A stretch of 64,000 nucleotides of DNA. It comes from Eledone cirrhosa. Lineage: Eukaryota. The notes beneath the pieces are model-generated. The model was not told the origin of the DNA and did no database searches. It worked only from the letters and a program-made list of their open reading frames with translations. Shown piece by piece: positions 22,726-35,800 of this stretch (the stretch's first letter is position 1; the number at the start of each line of letters is the position of its first letter). Position numbers and translations under genes: made by a program. Location: assembly GCA_964016885.1 (NCBI GenBank), contig OZ024744.1, positions 111,290,001 to 111,354,000 of the forward strand, written 5' to 3'.

Positions 22726-24638
22726 ATGGCTACGAAAAAGAATTTTCATAGGTCACTCGCACTCATTCCGTCTTCTTCTTCCTCAATCATCACTACAGCA
22801 GAGAGAAGATTGTCTCTCTCCCTCCCTTCTTTAAATGTGTCTCTCTCCCTCCCTTCTCTTTCGCAAGCGACGACAAAAAAGAAAAGTCTCGTGCAAAGCG
22901 TGCAAGATTTCTCCACGACGACGACGACAACGACGAAACAGGTGTGCGGGAAATACGAAAACCCAGTTCATTCGTCTGACGTCAGGAATAATAGCAGTAG
23001 CAGCCGTAATAACAACAGCAACAGTGACAAATGAAAACAACAATAGCAGCCGCAACAGCATCACCAGCAGCATAAAGAACAACAGCATTAGCAGCAGCAA
23101 CACCAACAACAACCACAGCAACAGCGGCGGAGGCAGTAGTCGTAGTACCTGCAGCAACAACAAAAGTAACAGCATCTCTGACGACAACAACAACAACAGC
23201 AGCAAAGAAAAACCAATCTCATTTGCAGGTATTGCGAAAAACCTGGAAACAATCCTCATAACAAATGAGGAATTAGAGGAAGCGAAGAAGATGGTGACAA
23301 AGACTGGACACCGAGCAATCTGCAAGGCAGCGGAAAAATTTTTCGAAACCCAACAGCACTGTACGGTCACGTACCGTACAGTAAGTACAAAATCCCGTAG
23401 GGTTGAAAGAGCCACAGAGGCTCAAATACAAAAAGCCTTGGGGTCTGTGTGGCAGCGGAAAACGCACATCACCCGAGGCAAAAAATATGCCACCGTAGAC
23501 GTACTTTTTGCCACACCCCAGGAGGCAAAGGCTCAATCCGTAGTGACCCTAAGGAGCGAGGAAATGGTGTTGGTGCCCTCCTACTGCGGGCAAAAAATTG
23601 TGAGGGGCAAACTGACCCACGTCCCCCCCCCCCCCCCCCCGGGATGGCCCCTTCTTGGCTGGCCGCGTCTGTCCTCGTCGGAATCGAGGACAAAACAACT
23701 GTACTGCAAGTACAGAAAAAAGTAAGAGAAGATTGGGTCGGCACCTCCATTGAGATGCTAATCCAAACCAACCAGGAGTGCATCGAAGCTATCCCGGATG
23801 TGATAGACTTCGATAACGGCACTCAACTGCCCATAAGTGTTGAGGGCAAACGTCCGAAATGCTTTCGCTGTGGATCAAAGACTCACCTCAGGGCCTTCTG
23901 CAACGAGAAGACCCTGAGAAAGGAGAAAACCCCCTCCTTCCGAAACCGGCTCCACGGCTACCAGCAACAGGACAAGCGGCAACCAGGAACGATAGGTCCG
24001 TGGCACCCATACCCACGCCACGGAAATCAAAAACAGCAGCAGCAGTGGAAATATTAACAACAACAACAGCAATACCAAATGCAGCTGCAACAGAGACTCC
24101 AGTGCAAACATCACCAACAACAACAAGTGAAAGAGTGGAGCTGGTACCCCTCCCCGACCTCACAGAATCAGACATGGAGTGCGAGGTGGGAGAGGGATGG
24201 CAAAAGGTCGTAAGAAGGCACAAACGCAGAAGCAGCGCATCGTCGCCTTTGAAAAGGGAGGAAAGAAATGAGAAAAGGGTAAAGTCTACTGCAAAGAGAC
24301 TCACAGCAGCAACACCACCAACACCATCACCACCCACACTAGCACCACCATCACCACCGGCGACAACCCCACCGCCAACAACACCTTCAACACCACCACC
24401 ACAAGCACCAACATCGCAAACACAACAACAAAACACACACACCCAGCAACAACGACAAGAAAATAGCAGAACCACACCCCACCCCCAGAAAAACAAATGC
24501 ACGGCAATAAATACACACAACAAGAAACTAATGACTTACATAATTGAACACACAGACATTTCACAACACAACTACATAATACCAGCACCAATCAAAACGC
24601 CAACTAACATAAGACTGCTAAAAATAGCACAGAAATAA
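22726..24638 (+). pseudogene. Tx1 ORF1 (gag-like, CCHC zinc knuckle, Ser/Asn- and Pro/Thr-rich regions), frameshifted
   Basis: ATG at 22726. Overlapping ORFs 22690-23034, 22835-23725, 23449-24057 and 23859-24638. Contains CFRCGSKTHLRAFC. Confidence 0.8.
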
Positions 24639-24850
24639 TACACAAACATTAAAACGAAATTCCCCAACGCAGTTGGTAATTTCAGGGACCTAGGAGGAAC
24701 TATCAATCGAAGAGTATATTCGGACATACTCATAGAAGAGCCGACGACCAGCCGAAGGGACGATCAAGTGAAAAGGGATGTAAAAACCATCCCTCCTCTA
24801 CCAAAAGTACGGTAAGTAGTCTTTCCCATCTTTTCCACTCTATTTTAAAC

Positions 24851-27800
24851 ATGACCTCACTCAGAATAGGCAGCATAAATGCGCGTGGCTTGGGGTCGTC
24901 ATGGAAGCAGGCTCACCTGCTCAACGACCTCAGGTCACTAAACATAGATGTAGTGGCCATCAGCGAGACCAGAATCTCCGAAGCACGGGCCTTCGCACCG
25001 ATCTTCGGCGGCTACGATGTGTACGCATCTCCCAGCCGTCCTGGATCGGGGGGAGGAGTTGCTGTGCTTTATCGGAGAGGTTTGGATCTCGCCATACGGG
25101 CCATCTTCCTGGACCCAGAGGGTAAGCTGGTGGTGCAGGACGTGACCAGCGGAGACGGGCAAGCTTTCAGGCTAGTGGCCGTCTATGCCCCGACAGGAGC
25201 AGGGCGGCCTGATTTCTTCCGGCGTCTGGAGACCTTTCTTGGAACGTCCCGCTCTTTAGTGTTAGTGGGCGACTGGAACGGGATCTTAGATGCACGCTGG
25301 GACCGTGTGGGATTAGCGGATAGGGGTGGAGGGTGCAAGAGCCTCACCAACCTGCTCATGCGTTTTGAACTGTCTGACAGGTACCGATTGGATTTCCCGA
25401 ATGTGCCAATGTGGACTTGGACAAATCGCATAGGGTCATCCAGATCATATCTAGATAGAGTATTTTGTAGGGAAATAGATAGGTCTAGCATAGGCTGTCC
25501 ACAATTCAAGATAGTCAGCTACACGGACCACAAATTCGTGATCTGTGTGCTTGACTTAGATAGGTTTCATAGACGAGGACCCGGCTACTGGAAGCTAAAC
25601 GCGTCCTTACCAGCGCGCAAAGCCTACAGAGACCGGATTAGCGAACTAGTTAAGCGGGCGTTGACGGGGGCCATCGTCAACAACAAGTGGTGGTTTGCTC
25701 TGAAAAGAGCGATTAGAATAGAATCCATTAGGTTTAGTAAGGCTTTAGCAATAGATAAAAATAGAGCAGAGGGAGAACTAGTTAGAAAATTAGACGAGGC
25801 GCTTAGCAAAGGCATTGCGACCGACGTGCTTGCGGCGAAATTGGCCCTTGACCAATTCTTCAATGCAAAGCACGAAGGCTGCGTTGTCAGAGCAAGGGTG
25901 CGTGCTCTCAGACACGAGGGGACGAAAGCCGTTCAATGGGCCCGAGTGTCGGAGGCGCGTCGTGGCAACAAAGCCACGATCCGGTCTTTGGTGGACCACG
26001 ACGGGCGTATGCTACTCGATCCCGGGCAAATGTGTGAAGCTTTTCAGCGACACTTCGCTCAGCTGTTCGGGGGCAGCGGTGGGCCGGGTCGAGGGATGGA
26101 CTTTAGTGTCTACCTCGACGGACTGCCGCGGCTCTCGGCCACTGAGGCGAAGTGTTGCGAAAAGCCGATAACAGCCGCTGAAGTAAGGGAGGCAATGACT
26201 GGCTGCACAAGGGGTAAATCGCCTGGTTTGGATGGTCTGCCCTATGGACTTTACGTACAGATGCCAGACTTGTTCGGAGGCCTCTTGGCGGACGTCTACT
26301 GTAACTGGCAACAGAACGGGAGAATTCCCAGTTCTGTGAGCCGAGGAGCGGAGGCACTGCTGAGAAAGGATCCGAACAAGGGGGATAACATAGATAATTT
26401 CCAGCCCATAACTCTGCTAAACACAGAGTTCAAGATTTTGGCCAAGGTGCTAGCAAAGAGGTTGGCGCTTGTCGTTGGTGGTCTGGTGGGAGAGGCGCAG
26501 ACATGCGCCATTCCCGACAGATTCATCCACGACAACCTCCACCTCATGCGATACATCGTAGAGAGGGTAGCTAAGGAACCTGGCACGGGTGGGTCCTTGA
26601 TCAATTTAGATCAGTCGAAAGCTTTCGATAGGGTTGACCATCGTTACCTAGCGGCAGTCCTGAGGGCGGCTGGCTTTGGGCCCGTCTTCAGAGGCTGGAT
26701 CGCTGCCATGCACAGCGACATCTGCTCTGTGGTGAGAGTGAACGGTCACCTGTCGGAACCGTTCAACATCATGCGCTCGGTCCGCCAAGGATGTCCCCTC
26801 TCGTCCCTCTTGTACGTATTGACTCTCGAGCTATTACTGCACAAACTGGAGATGTTGAGGGGCGTCCCGCGCGAACTAGGATGCGGAAGATCCGTGTCAG
26901 CATATGTGGACGATGTCACCGTAGTGGTGTCGAAGGCCAAACACATCGAGGCGATCGGCACTACACTAAGAGAATACGAAGCGGTGACAGGAGCAATGAT
27001 CAACCAGGAAAAGTCAGTGGGCCTGCAGCTCGGCACCTGGAGAGGCAGGTCCATGCCGTTCAACAGCGTCGTCGGACGCTGGACGGACGGACCGGTTAAA
27101 TTGCTAGGCGTCTGGTTCGGTCCGGACCTCCAGACGGACAAAAACTGGGACGAGGTGACGAGCAGGGTGGCTTCTCTCACCCAGAAATGGGAGGAGAGGA
27201 AGCTATCCCTGAAAGGTCGAGCGGAGGTGGCTAACGCGTACATCGCGTCTGTCATCTGCTACCGCCTGACCGTCGTACCTTGTCCTAAGCCTCGCCTGAC
27301 TGCGCTGGAGCGTTTTCTCTTTCGCTTTTTGTGGAAGGGACGCGCTCCGATGGTCAGGCGGTCCATCTGTTGTCAACACCCGCTACGTGGAGAGCTGGGC
27401 ATGCCGTGGCTGATGATGCGCAGGCACGCGCTCAGGCTACGACATCTCCACCTCTTCCTCGACGGTGATCAGGTGTGGTCGCCGTTTGCTAGACACGTAT
27501 TTTCCCAGCTCGTTTCCTTGACGGAGCTGCAGTCCTGGGTCAAGCGAAGACCGAGAGGGAGCGCCTGGAGACTGGAATGTCTTCAGGCGCTCACAACCCT
27601 CGACCAATCGGGCAATGTGATCGGTGGAAACTCCACCTCGGCGTTCTATAGAGGATTAGTGGAGGGGAAGAGCGACGACGTACTTGGGGAAACTCTAGGC
27701 GTCGACGAAAATCAACTAGCCAATCTCTTCGGAAGAACTTTCGGGCCAGGGCCTAATGACAACTTCCAGAAATCTCTGGCCTCGCAATGCCACCGAGGAG

Positions 27801-28252
27801 CCTTGCCAGTTCGGGATAAACTCTACAGGCATGGAGGTGCCGTCAGCCGGGCATGTCCGAGATGCGCGCAGGGCGACGAAACCGTCCTGAACGCACTCGT
27901 CCAGTGTCCGAGCATTGCTGACTTGTGGGTTTATGTCGAACAACTGCTGTCGCGTTTAGGACGGATCCGGCTATCATCTGAGTCCATCGTGAGGATTGAC
28001 CCGCCCTCCTCCTTTAGCCGGGAAGGGCAGGCAGTTTTTATCTGTCTGGTGGCCATGGCGAAAGAGATAGTATGGTGGACACGTTTGAAAGGGCTGAAGA
28101 CGAGCACTTACCTCTTCGGTGATGCCCTGATTGACTTTTTTAAATTTCATTTGAAAAGGAAAATCAGAGTAGAGAGGGAAGTGCTCTCTTCCCAGCATTT
28201 TGTTGAAAGATGGGTGAGAGAAGCAAGAATGGCCCGAGTGAATATACTCTGA
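24851..28252 (+). CDS. Tx1/L1-clade ORF2: APE endonuclease, reverse transcriptase and C-terminal Cys motif, 1133 aa
   Basis: SINARG, ISET, VYAP, GDWN, YLDRVF, TDH (APE). WKLN, KSPGLDG, DQSKAFD, RQGCPLS, YVDD (RT). CPRC...ETVLNALVQC. Confidence 0.93.
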   Translation: MTSLRIGSINARGLGSSWKQAHLLNDLRSLNIDVVAISETRISEARAFAPIFGGYDVYASPSRPGSGGGVAVLYRRGLDLAIRAIFLDPEGKLVVQDVTSGDGQAFRLVAVYAPTGAGRPDFFRRLETFLGTSRSLVLVGDWNGILDARWDRVGLADRGGGCKSLTNLLMRFELSDRYRLDFPNVPMWTWTNRIGSSRSYLDRVFCREIDRSSIGCPQFKIVSYTDHKFVICVLDLDRFHRRGPGYWKLNASLPARKAYRDRISELVKRALTGAIVNNKWWFALKRAIRIESIRFSKALAIDKNRAEGELVRKLDEALSKGIATDVLAAKLALDQFFNAKHEGCVVRARVRALRHEGTKAVQWARVSEARRGNKATIRSLVDHDGRMLLDPGQMCEAFQRHFAQLFGGSGGPGRGMDFSVYLDGLPRLSATEAKCCEKPITAAEVREAMTGCTRGKSPGLDGLPYGLYVQMPDLFGGLLADVYCNWQQNGRIPSSVSRGAEALLRKDPNKGDNIDNFQPITLLNTEFKILAKVLAKRLALVVGGLVGEAQTCAIPDRFIHDNLHLMRYIVERVAKEPGTGGSLINLDQSKAFDRVDHRYLAAVLRAAGFGPVFRGWIAAMHSDICSVVRVNGHLSEPFNIMRSVRQGCPLSSLLYVLTLELLLHKLEMLRGVPRELGCGRSVSAYVDDVTVVVSKAKHIEAIGTTLREYEAVTGAMINQEKSVGLQLGTWRGRSMPFNSVVGRWTDGPVKLLGVWFGPDLQTDKNWDEVTSRVASLTQKWEERKLSLKGRAEVANAYIASVICYRLTVVPCPKPRLTALERFLFRFLWKGRAPMVRRSICCQHPLRGELGMPWLMMRRHALRLRHLHLFLDGDQVWSPFARHVFSQLVSLTELQSWVKRRPRGSAWRLECLQALTTLDQSGNVIGGNSTSAFYRGLVEGKSDDVLGETLGVDENQLANLFGRTFGPGPNDNFQKSLASQCHRGALPVRDKLYRHGGAVSRACPRCAQGDETVLNALVQCPSIADLWVYVEQLLSRLGRIRLSSESIVRIDPPSSFSREGQAVFICLVAMAKEIVWWTRLKGLKTSTYLFGDALIDFFKFHLKRKIRVEREVLSSQHFVERWVREARMARVNIL

Positions 28253-28745
28253 GTATATATCTGTAAATTAAAGGTGGAAAACTAGGAGAGGGCACTTGCC
28301 TTGGTGGTCAGGGTCATTGTGGCCTTTTACTGGGTTTTCTCCACAAATGTCCCTCCGAAGTCTTCCCCCTATTGGGGAATTTTTCATTGTTATTTTTTGT
28401 TACACCCTCTGTTTTTGTTTTTTACACGCAGAAATGCCCATTTGTACCGTCCTGTATTGTCCTGCACTGTCCTTAATGTCTACTTTATGTAAACCCTTGT
28501 GGTTAATAAAGAAATCATTATTATTGTTGTTATTATTATTATTATTATTATTGTTATTACTGTATATGTGTGTATGTATATATATATATACGTGTGTATA
28601 TATGTATATGTATGTGTATATATATATATATATATTTCTTTTTTTTTATTTTATTTTATTTTTTATTTATTTATTAATATATATATATTTTTCTCCTCGT
28701 GCAATGGCCATACTCGATAACGAAGGGGCAGCCATCATATATGTA

Positions 28746-28805
<60 letters not shown>

Positions 28806-29109
28806 CAGAAAGATTCTATAAACAAGTTCAGAATGGGGTGCCACTCCTTATTTTTAAGTTTCTCTTAAGCTAACAATGCCTATATTTCAGGTGTCTATAA
28901 GATCGTAGGGGGTCGGTCATGGTTGATGGATTTAAAGAAAAGGGAAATTCTTTGAAAGCTAATTCTTTAAGGTTCTACTTAGAGTGACAAAGGCCAGGAG
29001 AATTCTATAGACCAGTTCAAAATATTGAGTGCCTATCATACCATTATCTTCAAGTTTCTCTTAAGCTATATTCCAGGTGTCAACAGACACATTCACAAAC
29101 ACCCCCCCC

Positions 29110-29177
<68 letters not shown>

Positions 29178-29625
29178 GAATAATCGAGTATCGAAAAATC
29201 GGCGCACGAGTTCACGATAAACAAAATTCGATATGAGCGGCAGAGGGCTCCATAATTTAGATAAATCAGAGCTATAACTATCGTTAAAATACCGTCACAC
29301 ATAGAACAAGTCTATAATCAACCGTACGATCGAAAAGTTGCGATCTGGAAGATTCGGGACACTCAGATAAAAAATCAATAAATCAATAAATCAAATGAAT
29401 GTAATATTAGTAAAAGGAAAAGAATATGCTGACAAATTTTTCCCAGTGAAAAATAGTTTAATTAGGAATAAGTATAAATTAGTAATAAGTATTGGTTAGT
29501 ATTCAGTTTTAGTTTTAAGTTTTTACCGGTTGCGCATTTCTAATGCTTTTACCCAGTCTACTACCCTAAGTATTGAGTACTTTGGTGCGTTATGGTCCAC
29601 CTGGTTCCTTACCACATTTCCTCCG

Positions 29626-29707
<82 letters not shown>

Positions 29708-30219
29708 TATCATAAAGTAAGGTTTATTAGTTGGATTACTTTGAATAAATAATGAATGAATATTACATAATTTGATTAAGTTTAATATAAATAATTTTAT
29801 TGCTTATTTAGAAATGACTTTTCAAAGTTTTAAATTTTTACACTTCCGGTATATCGCCGTCACCACCACCACCACTTTAACTACCATATATATAGAAAGA
29901 GAGTGTGTGATGAGAGAGATACTGATAGAGTGATTATGATTTTCAACATGCTGACGCGTATGTGTGTGTATGTGCACAAACATACATCTATATGTATGAG
30001 TATATAACTATTATGAGTATATAATTATAATCACGCAAACACAAACTTATAAAAATACACGGTCACGGAGATACATTCAGATAAATACACATACTTTCAC
30101 ACAAACACATACATACATTTACACAAACACATTGAAACATATACATTTACACAAACACACACTTACAGTCATGATAGCGTTCGATAAATTGGAAATGGGA
30201 AAATAAAAGGAAGTACAAC

Positions 30220-30895
30220 TTTTTATTTATTTATTAACTCTTTTTTTTACTAAACTCATTTGTATAAAATTTAATATAATTTAAAATTTAATATAATTTA
30301 ATATAATTTACAGAACGAAAACACTAACAAATATAATATATACAAAGGAAAGGGAAAGAAAAAAAAAGAAAGAGAAAAAATACACAAGCACGTAATACCC
30401 ACATTTTAGACCACACAGAACAAAATGCAGGAGACAGAGTGGAAAAACGAGACGCTACCAGAGCAAAAGATAGCACTGGGAAACTTCTCTAATAATTATG
30501 GAGGCAAGCCAGCACGTTCGCAGCATTACCTGGGGTGATGGCGAGGCTGAGGTGCTGGAACAACCAAGTGCCCTCACGAGCATCACTAGTTAACTCTGTT
30601 TGGCGAGCCGCCAGTGAAGATAAGAACCTCGCTGTCAGTAGCCCGACTCCCCCAAAAGTCTCGAATGCCACAGGCTGGATAATGTAGTTAGCTGCGGATG
30701 CGGTAGCTCTCGCCCTTACCGCTGCATCCAGGATGTGGGAAGAAGCAAAAGAGTCACTAACTGTGACGTCCCAGGTAAGGGACCTGCCTCTTCACCAGGA
30801 GCACAGAGTAAGACTGTCAAGTCTTTTCCCATCAATTCTGAACAACCCAGACGGTTCCAAAATTGAGGGGATGTTTGCCCGGGTCAAAGCTTTTA
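30220..30895 (-). mobile_element. 3' fragment of CRE-like non-LTR element (restriction-like endonuclease)
   Basis: Minus translation: [38 protein letters not shown] ... PVAFETFG ... LFQHLSLAITPGNAANVL, followed by a pyrimidine-rich UTR and AATAAA. Confidence 0.7.
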
Positions 30896-31102
30896 GGTGG
30901 TAATAGGAGAGTGTGTGTATGAGTGCGCGCGTGAGTTTGTCGGCGTTCTTAAATTAGAGACACGTGTGTGTGTCACTGTTTTTAAGTAGACTTATATATG
31001 TGTGTATCCCTTTCCTTCCTTTTACACACACATACATTCACACAAACACACATACACATTCCGTGATGGACAGATGGACAGAAGTTGCTCAAATTTATAA
31101 AC

Positions 31103-31740
31103 ATGTGAATGGAGTTCTACTGAAGCAGTTAGAGAAGTTCAAGTATCTTGGAGCCGTGTGGAGTGGTGGAGTGCAGGAGGCTGAATTAAGTGCAAGAATT
31201 GCAAAAGCTGATGACGTAATGGGCTAGCCTCAGCATTCAGCAATCAGATGAAGTGGGGGTAGGTGTAGAAGCCAAACTCGCTGTCTTCCTGGTATTCCTG
31301 CCAACTCTGACCGAGGATCATGAATCTTGGGTAATGACCAAAAGAATACAATTGCAAATAAAAGCGGCAGAATTGAGATTCCTCCGAAGGGTCTTTGGAG
31401 TAACGTTACTCGATAAAGTGCATAACTCAGAGACCAGAGAGTCACTCCTGATAGAGACGCTACTTCTCCGAATTGGGAGATCACAACTCCGATATTATGG
31501 GTATGGGTTAGAATGTCTCAGTAAAGAATTGCTAGACACATTTTACAGGCAAAACCAACCGGCTAGAGACGTAGAGGTAGACCCTAAGCAAGATAGTTGG
31601 ATAACACCCATGGGTTTGGTTGGTTACGCTTTGTGATCCAGCTGGATCAGTTAGAGATGTCTGACAGACTTGTTGCAAGGAGTGTTTGAGAAGGACTCTG
31701 CCCCACGACTCTCTCAGAAATAAGTGGGTGAAGAAGAAGA
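31103..31740 (+). mobile_element. 3' fragment of RTE-clade LINE with (GAA)n tail, degenerate
   Basis: EKFKYLG, ARIAKA, HESWVMT, AELRFLRRVFGVTLLDKV, QLRYYG. Confidence 0.8.
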
Positions 31741-31989
31741 TATTGTCAATTAACTTTTCAATTTACATATATATATGCATATATATTTGTGTATAATACC
31801 GATATGCACACTACAGATGCTAGCAGAAAACCGCCCGGGGAGCAGTTTCTCTGCTACTCTTCCTGCTACATCAAGCGTTAACCTAATATATCACTTCCAT
31901 ATACTGTACCGATTGTGTTATTTCTGTCTACATTTTACATACATACAAGGATGCACTTGCTTTTGCCAGGAATTTTACCACCATAACCG

Positions 31990-32335
31990 ACGCTGAGCAG
32001 GATGTGATGCTCCATACCCGTAAGACTCGAGGGTTCGTACTGGATTAACAAGAAGTGTGAGATCCCTTTTGACGTCAGTATGGTGGCAAATGACTCGGCT
32101 GAAGTTAGCGACCTCGTGGGCCTGTACATCTTATATAACCCGAAGAACCTCTTCACGGGCCTAACCGGAGGATTATACCGAGATGATAGCCTCTTCGCCT
32201 TGCACATAGTTAACCCTAATACCACTGATCGATTCGGAGAAACTTAAGCTCGTTCTTCTGTAATCTAGGTTTTAGAATAACTATATAATCAAATATGACT
32301 AGGGCCAACCTTTTAGATGTCACTCTCGACATCTC
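31990..32335 (+). pseudogene. Penelope-like RT fragment
   Basis: FDVSMVANDSAEVSDLVGLYIL...GLYRDDSL...NLLDVTLD, similar to 48691-49305. Confidence 0.75.
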
Positions 32336-32692
32336 TATGTATATGTATATATATGTATGTATATGTGTGTATATATATATGTATGTGTGTGTATGTCTAT
32401 GTAGGTGTACACATCATGTGTGCGTATGCATGTATATATGCATATGTATATATATATGTGTATGTGTGTGTATGTATATATATATATATATGTGTGGTAT
32501 ATATGTATATATATGTGTATATATATATGTATATGTATATGTATGTTTATGCGTATGTGTATGTATGTATCTCTGTATCTGTATGTATATGTATGTAAGT
32601 GTTCATATGTACGTATGTGTAAGTATATTTACGTATACGTGTGTATATGTATGTATAATTATGAATATATATCTGTGTGTATGAGTGTATGT

Positions 32693-32770
<78 letters not shown>

Positions 32771-32800
32771 AGATCAAAAGATGGTTAAAGGAGTTCCATG

Positions 32801-32871
32801 TATTTTATTATGCGCATTTCAAAAACAAACATCATCATGCAATAATATTTGTGTTTTCATCAGATAAAACA
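32801..32871 (-). ncRNA. Type I hammerhead motif (family H3), left arm
   Basis: Reverse complement of 36075-36145. Confidence 0.75.
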
Positions 32872-35800
32872 GGAGAACATGATATGAAGGCTAAAAAACA
32901 CTTGTGGATAGTGCAGTTTTAAATCAACATATGAAAAGTGGTTTTAGATTGATGTGTGATATTGGGAAAAATATTTTATTTAGAGAGGGGGGGGGGTGGA
33001 AAGGATGAAAAAGGGGAGGAGATGAGAGGGAGAGATGGGTGATAGAGAGAAAGAGATAGTTTTTATAACTGAGAGGAGATATATTGTTTTACATAGAGAG
33101 GTTGAAAACCGTTGGAAGATAATGTATAAATTAAAAGAATTTGAAAATTAACGAAGGGAGGATATGTGCGAGGAAAAAGTATTTTATTTAGGGAGGGGGG
33201 GTGGAAAGGATGAAAAAAGGGGGAGGAGATGAGAGTGAAGGTGGAGAGGGAGAGATGGGTGATAGAGAGAAAGAGATAGTTTTTATAACTGAGAAAAAGA
33301 TATATTGTTTTACATAGAGAGGTTGAGAACCGTTGGAAGATAATGTATAAATTAAAGGAATTTGAAAATTAACGAAGGGAATTTATGTATGAAGATAGAG
33401 AGAAAAAATAATAATTCTGGATGAATATTCTAACGTCAAAAAAAGTGTATGTTGATAAGTATTGTGGCAATTTCAAAATTAACGAAGAGAACAATTATTA
33501 AGGTTTGTGTGTAGAAGGATTTGAGAAAAATAATGTGAAGTTAAAGTTTGTATATTGAAGGAATTGATAATATATGCGAATAAAGAGTTAATATGTATTA
33601 AGAATGAGTTCGTTGATGGGGAGAAAAATAATAAATTAAGGATGAAATTGAGATTAAAAAGTTTTATGATAGAGAGAAAAAATAATAATGATTGCGGATG
33701 AATATTCTAACGTCAAAAAAACAAATGTATATGTTATGAAGGATTTTACAAGGTGAAGATAGAAAGAGGGTAATGAGTAAACAAGTATTATAGAGTGTAT
33801 AATGCCCTTTAAAGTAAGGTAGGAAGATGGGTATATTTTAAAGAGGTGTATGTATATGTGCCTTTGAGAAAAGATTCTAAATTGATAAAGAATTGAATAT
33901 TAACTGTATACTTTGTGAAAAGTCCTATGGAATTTATGCAGGCAGATAGAAAACAAATTATAGAATCTAGGTTAGAGATAATGGTAAATTTTTCATTTAG
34001 GCAGAGATTACAGATTTTAGATAGAGAGCTGTTCAAGTATGAGGATGCAGAAGAAACCTTCTTCCAAAAGATGGTATATTTAATGTTTTTGTCTTTCAAG
34101 GACCATATGAGTTCTGAGAGAGCCGTGTTGGTTCTTTTAAGTTTGTATTTGAAAGATGAATGATGATTATAGAGACGAGCTTTAAAAGAGGTGGAAGTGG
34201 AGCCAAAATAGGTGAAGGAATTGGTGCTAGTTATAATTTTACATTCATAAATTAAGTTTTTATCGAGACAATGGTTGTTGAGAGGACATTTATTTTTAAT
34301 GCGGCAGTTGCAATTAGAGAGATTATTAATGAGTGACCTAGTGTTATCTATAGAAGGAATTGGATTGGAGAAGTTGTTTGCGATAGGAATAATAGGAATA
34401 ATAGTTTCTTGATTTAGAGTTGGATTATGAACATTTAGCGAAGTTGTGTTTGACGTTGTATTTGGGTTTACAGAAGTTAGCCTAGGGTTTACAATGACGT
34501 CGGAAGTACTATTACTGTTATTATGAAATTCAATGTTGGAAGGAAGAGATTTAGTATTTAGTATTTTATTGTTGTGTTTAGAGATGATGTTGGAAATATT
34601 GGAGGATGTAGAATAAGAAAATTTGATGGTGTGTTTGTTAAATATTTTACTATAGATATGTGAGGGAGGGAAGCATTTATTTAAGGCACTAAAAAATAAT
34701 TTAGGAATATTGTTATTAATAGAGATGGAGAAAGGAGCATTATACCAGATTATATTTTTGTATCTAGGTCTTTTATTAAAATTATTGGAATGATCATGAT
34801 TAATTATTCTACTGTAAGTTTTTCTAGAATTTGTTTCTTTACTATATTTGATTTTATCTGGATAGCCGGCTTTAGAAAATGCATTATTATAGTAATTGGC
34901 CTTAGCATCAAAGATGTTTTTATTAATCTCTGCCTAAATGAAAAATTTACCATTATCTCTAACCTAGATTCTATAATAAATAGACGTACAGATTTGTTTT
35001 CTATCTGCCTGCATAAATTCCATAGGACTTTTCACAGAGTATACAGTTAATATTCAATTCTTTATCAATTTAGAATCTTTTCTCAAAGGCACATATACAT
35101 ACACCTCTTTAAAATATACCCATCTTCCTACCTTACTTTAAAGGGCATTATACACTCTATAATACTTGTTTACTCATTACCCTCTTTCTATCTTCACCTT
35201 GTAAAATCCTTCATAACATATACATTTGTTTTTTTGACGTTAGAATATTCATCCGCAATCATTATTATTTTTTCTCTCTATCATAAAACATTTTAATCTC
35301 AATTTCATCCTTAATTTATTATTTTTCTCCCCATCAACGAACTCATTCTTAATACATATTAACTCTTTATTCGCATATATTATCAATTCCTTCAATATAC
35401 AAACTTTAACTTCACATTATTTTTCTCAAATCCTTCTACACACAAACCTTAATAATTGTTCTCTTCGTTAATTTTGAAATTGCCACAATACTTATCAACA
35501 TACACTTTTTTTGACGTTAGAATATTCATCCAGAATTATTATTTTTTCTCTCTATCTTCATACATAAATTCCCTTCGTTAATTTTCAAATTCCTTTAATT
35601 TATACATTATCTTCCAACGGTTCTCAACCTCTCTATGTAAAACAATATATCTTTTTCTCAGTTATAAAAACTATCTCTTTCTCTCTATCACCCATCTCTC
35701 CCTCTCCACCTTCACTCTCATCTCCTCCCCCCTTTTTTCATCCTTTCCACCCCCTCCCTAAATAAAATATTTTTTCCTCGCACATATCCTCCCTTCGTTA

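Larger units (their letters stand above)
22511..28560 (+). mobile_element. Tx1/L1-type LINE copy 3, full length, (ATT)n tail
   Basis: 5' end is shared with copy 1. Contains ORF1 and ORF2, then a 3' UTR with AATAAA followed by (ATT/GTT)n. Confidence 0.9.
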
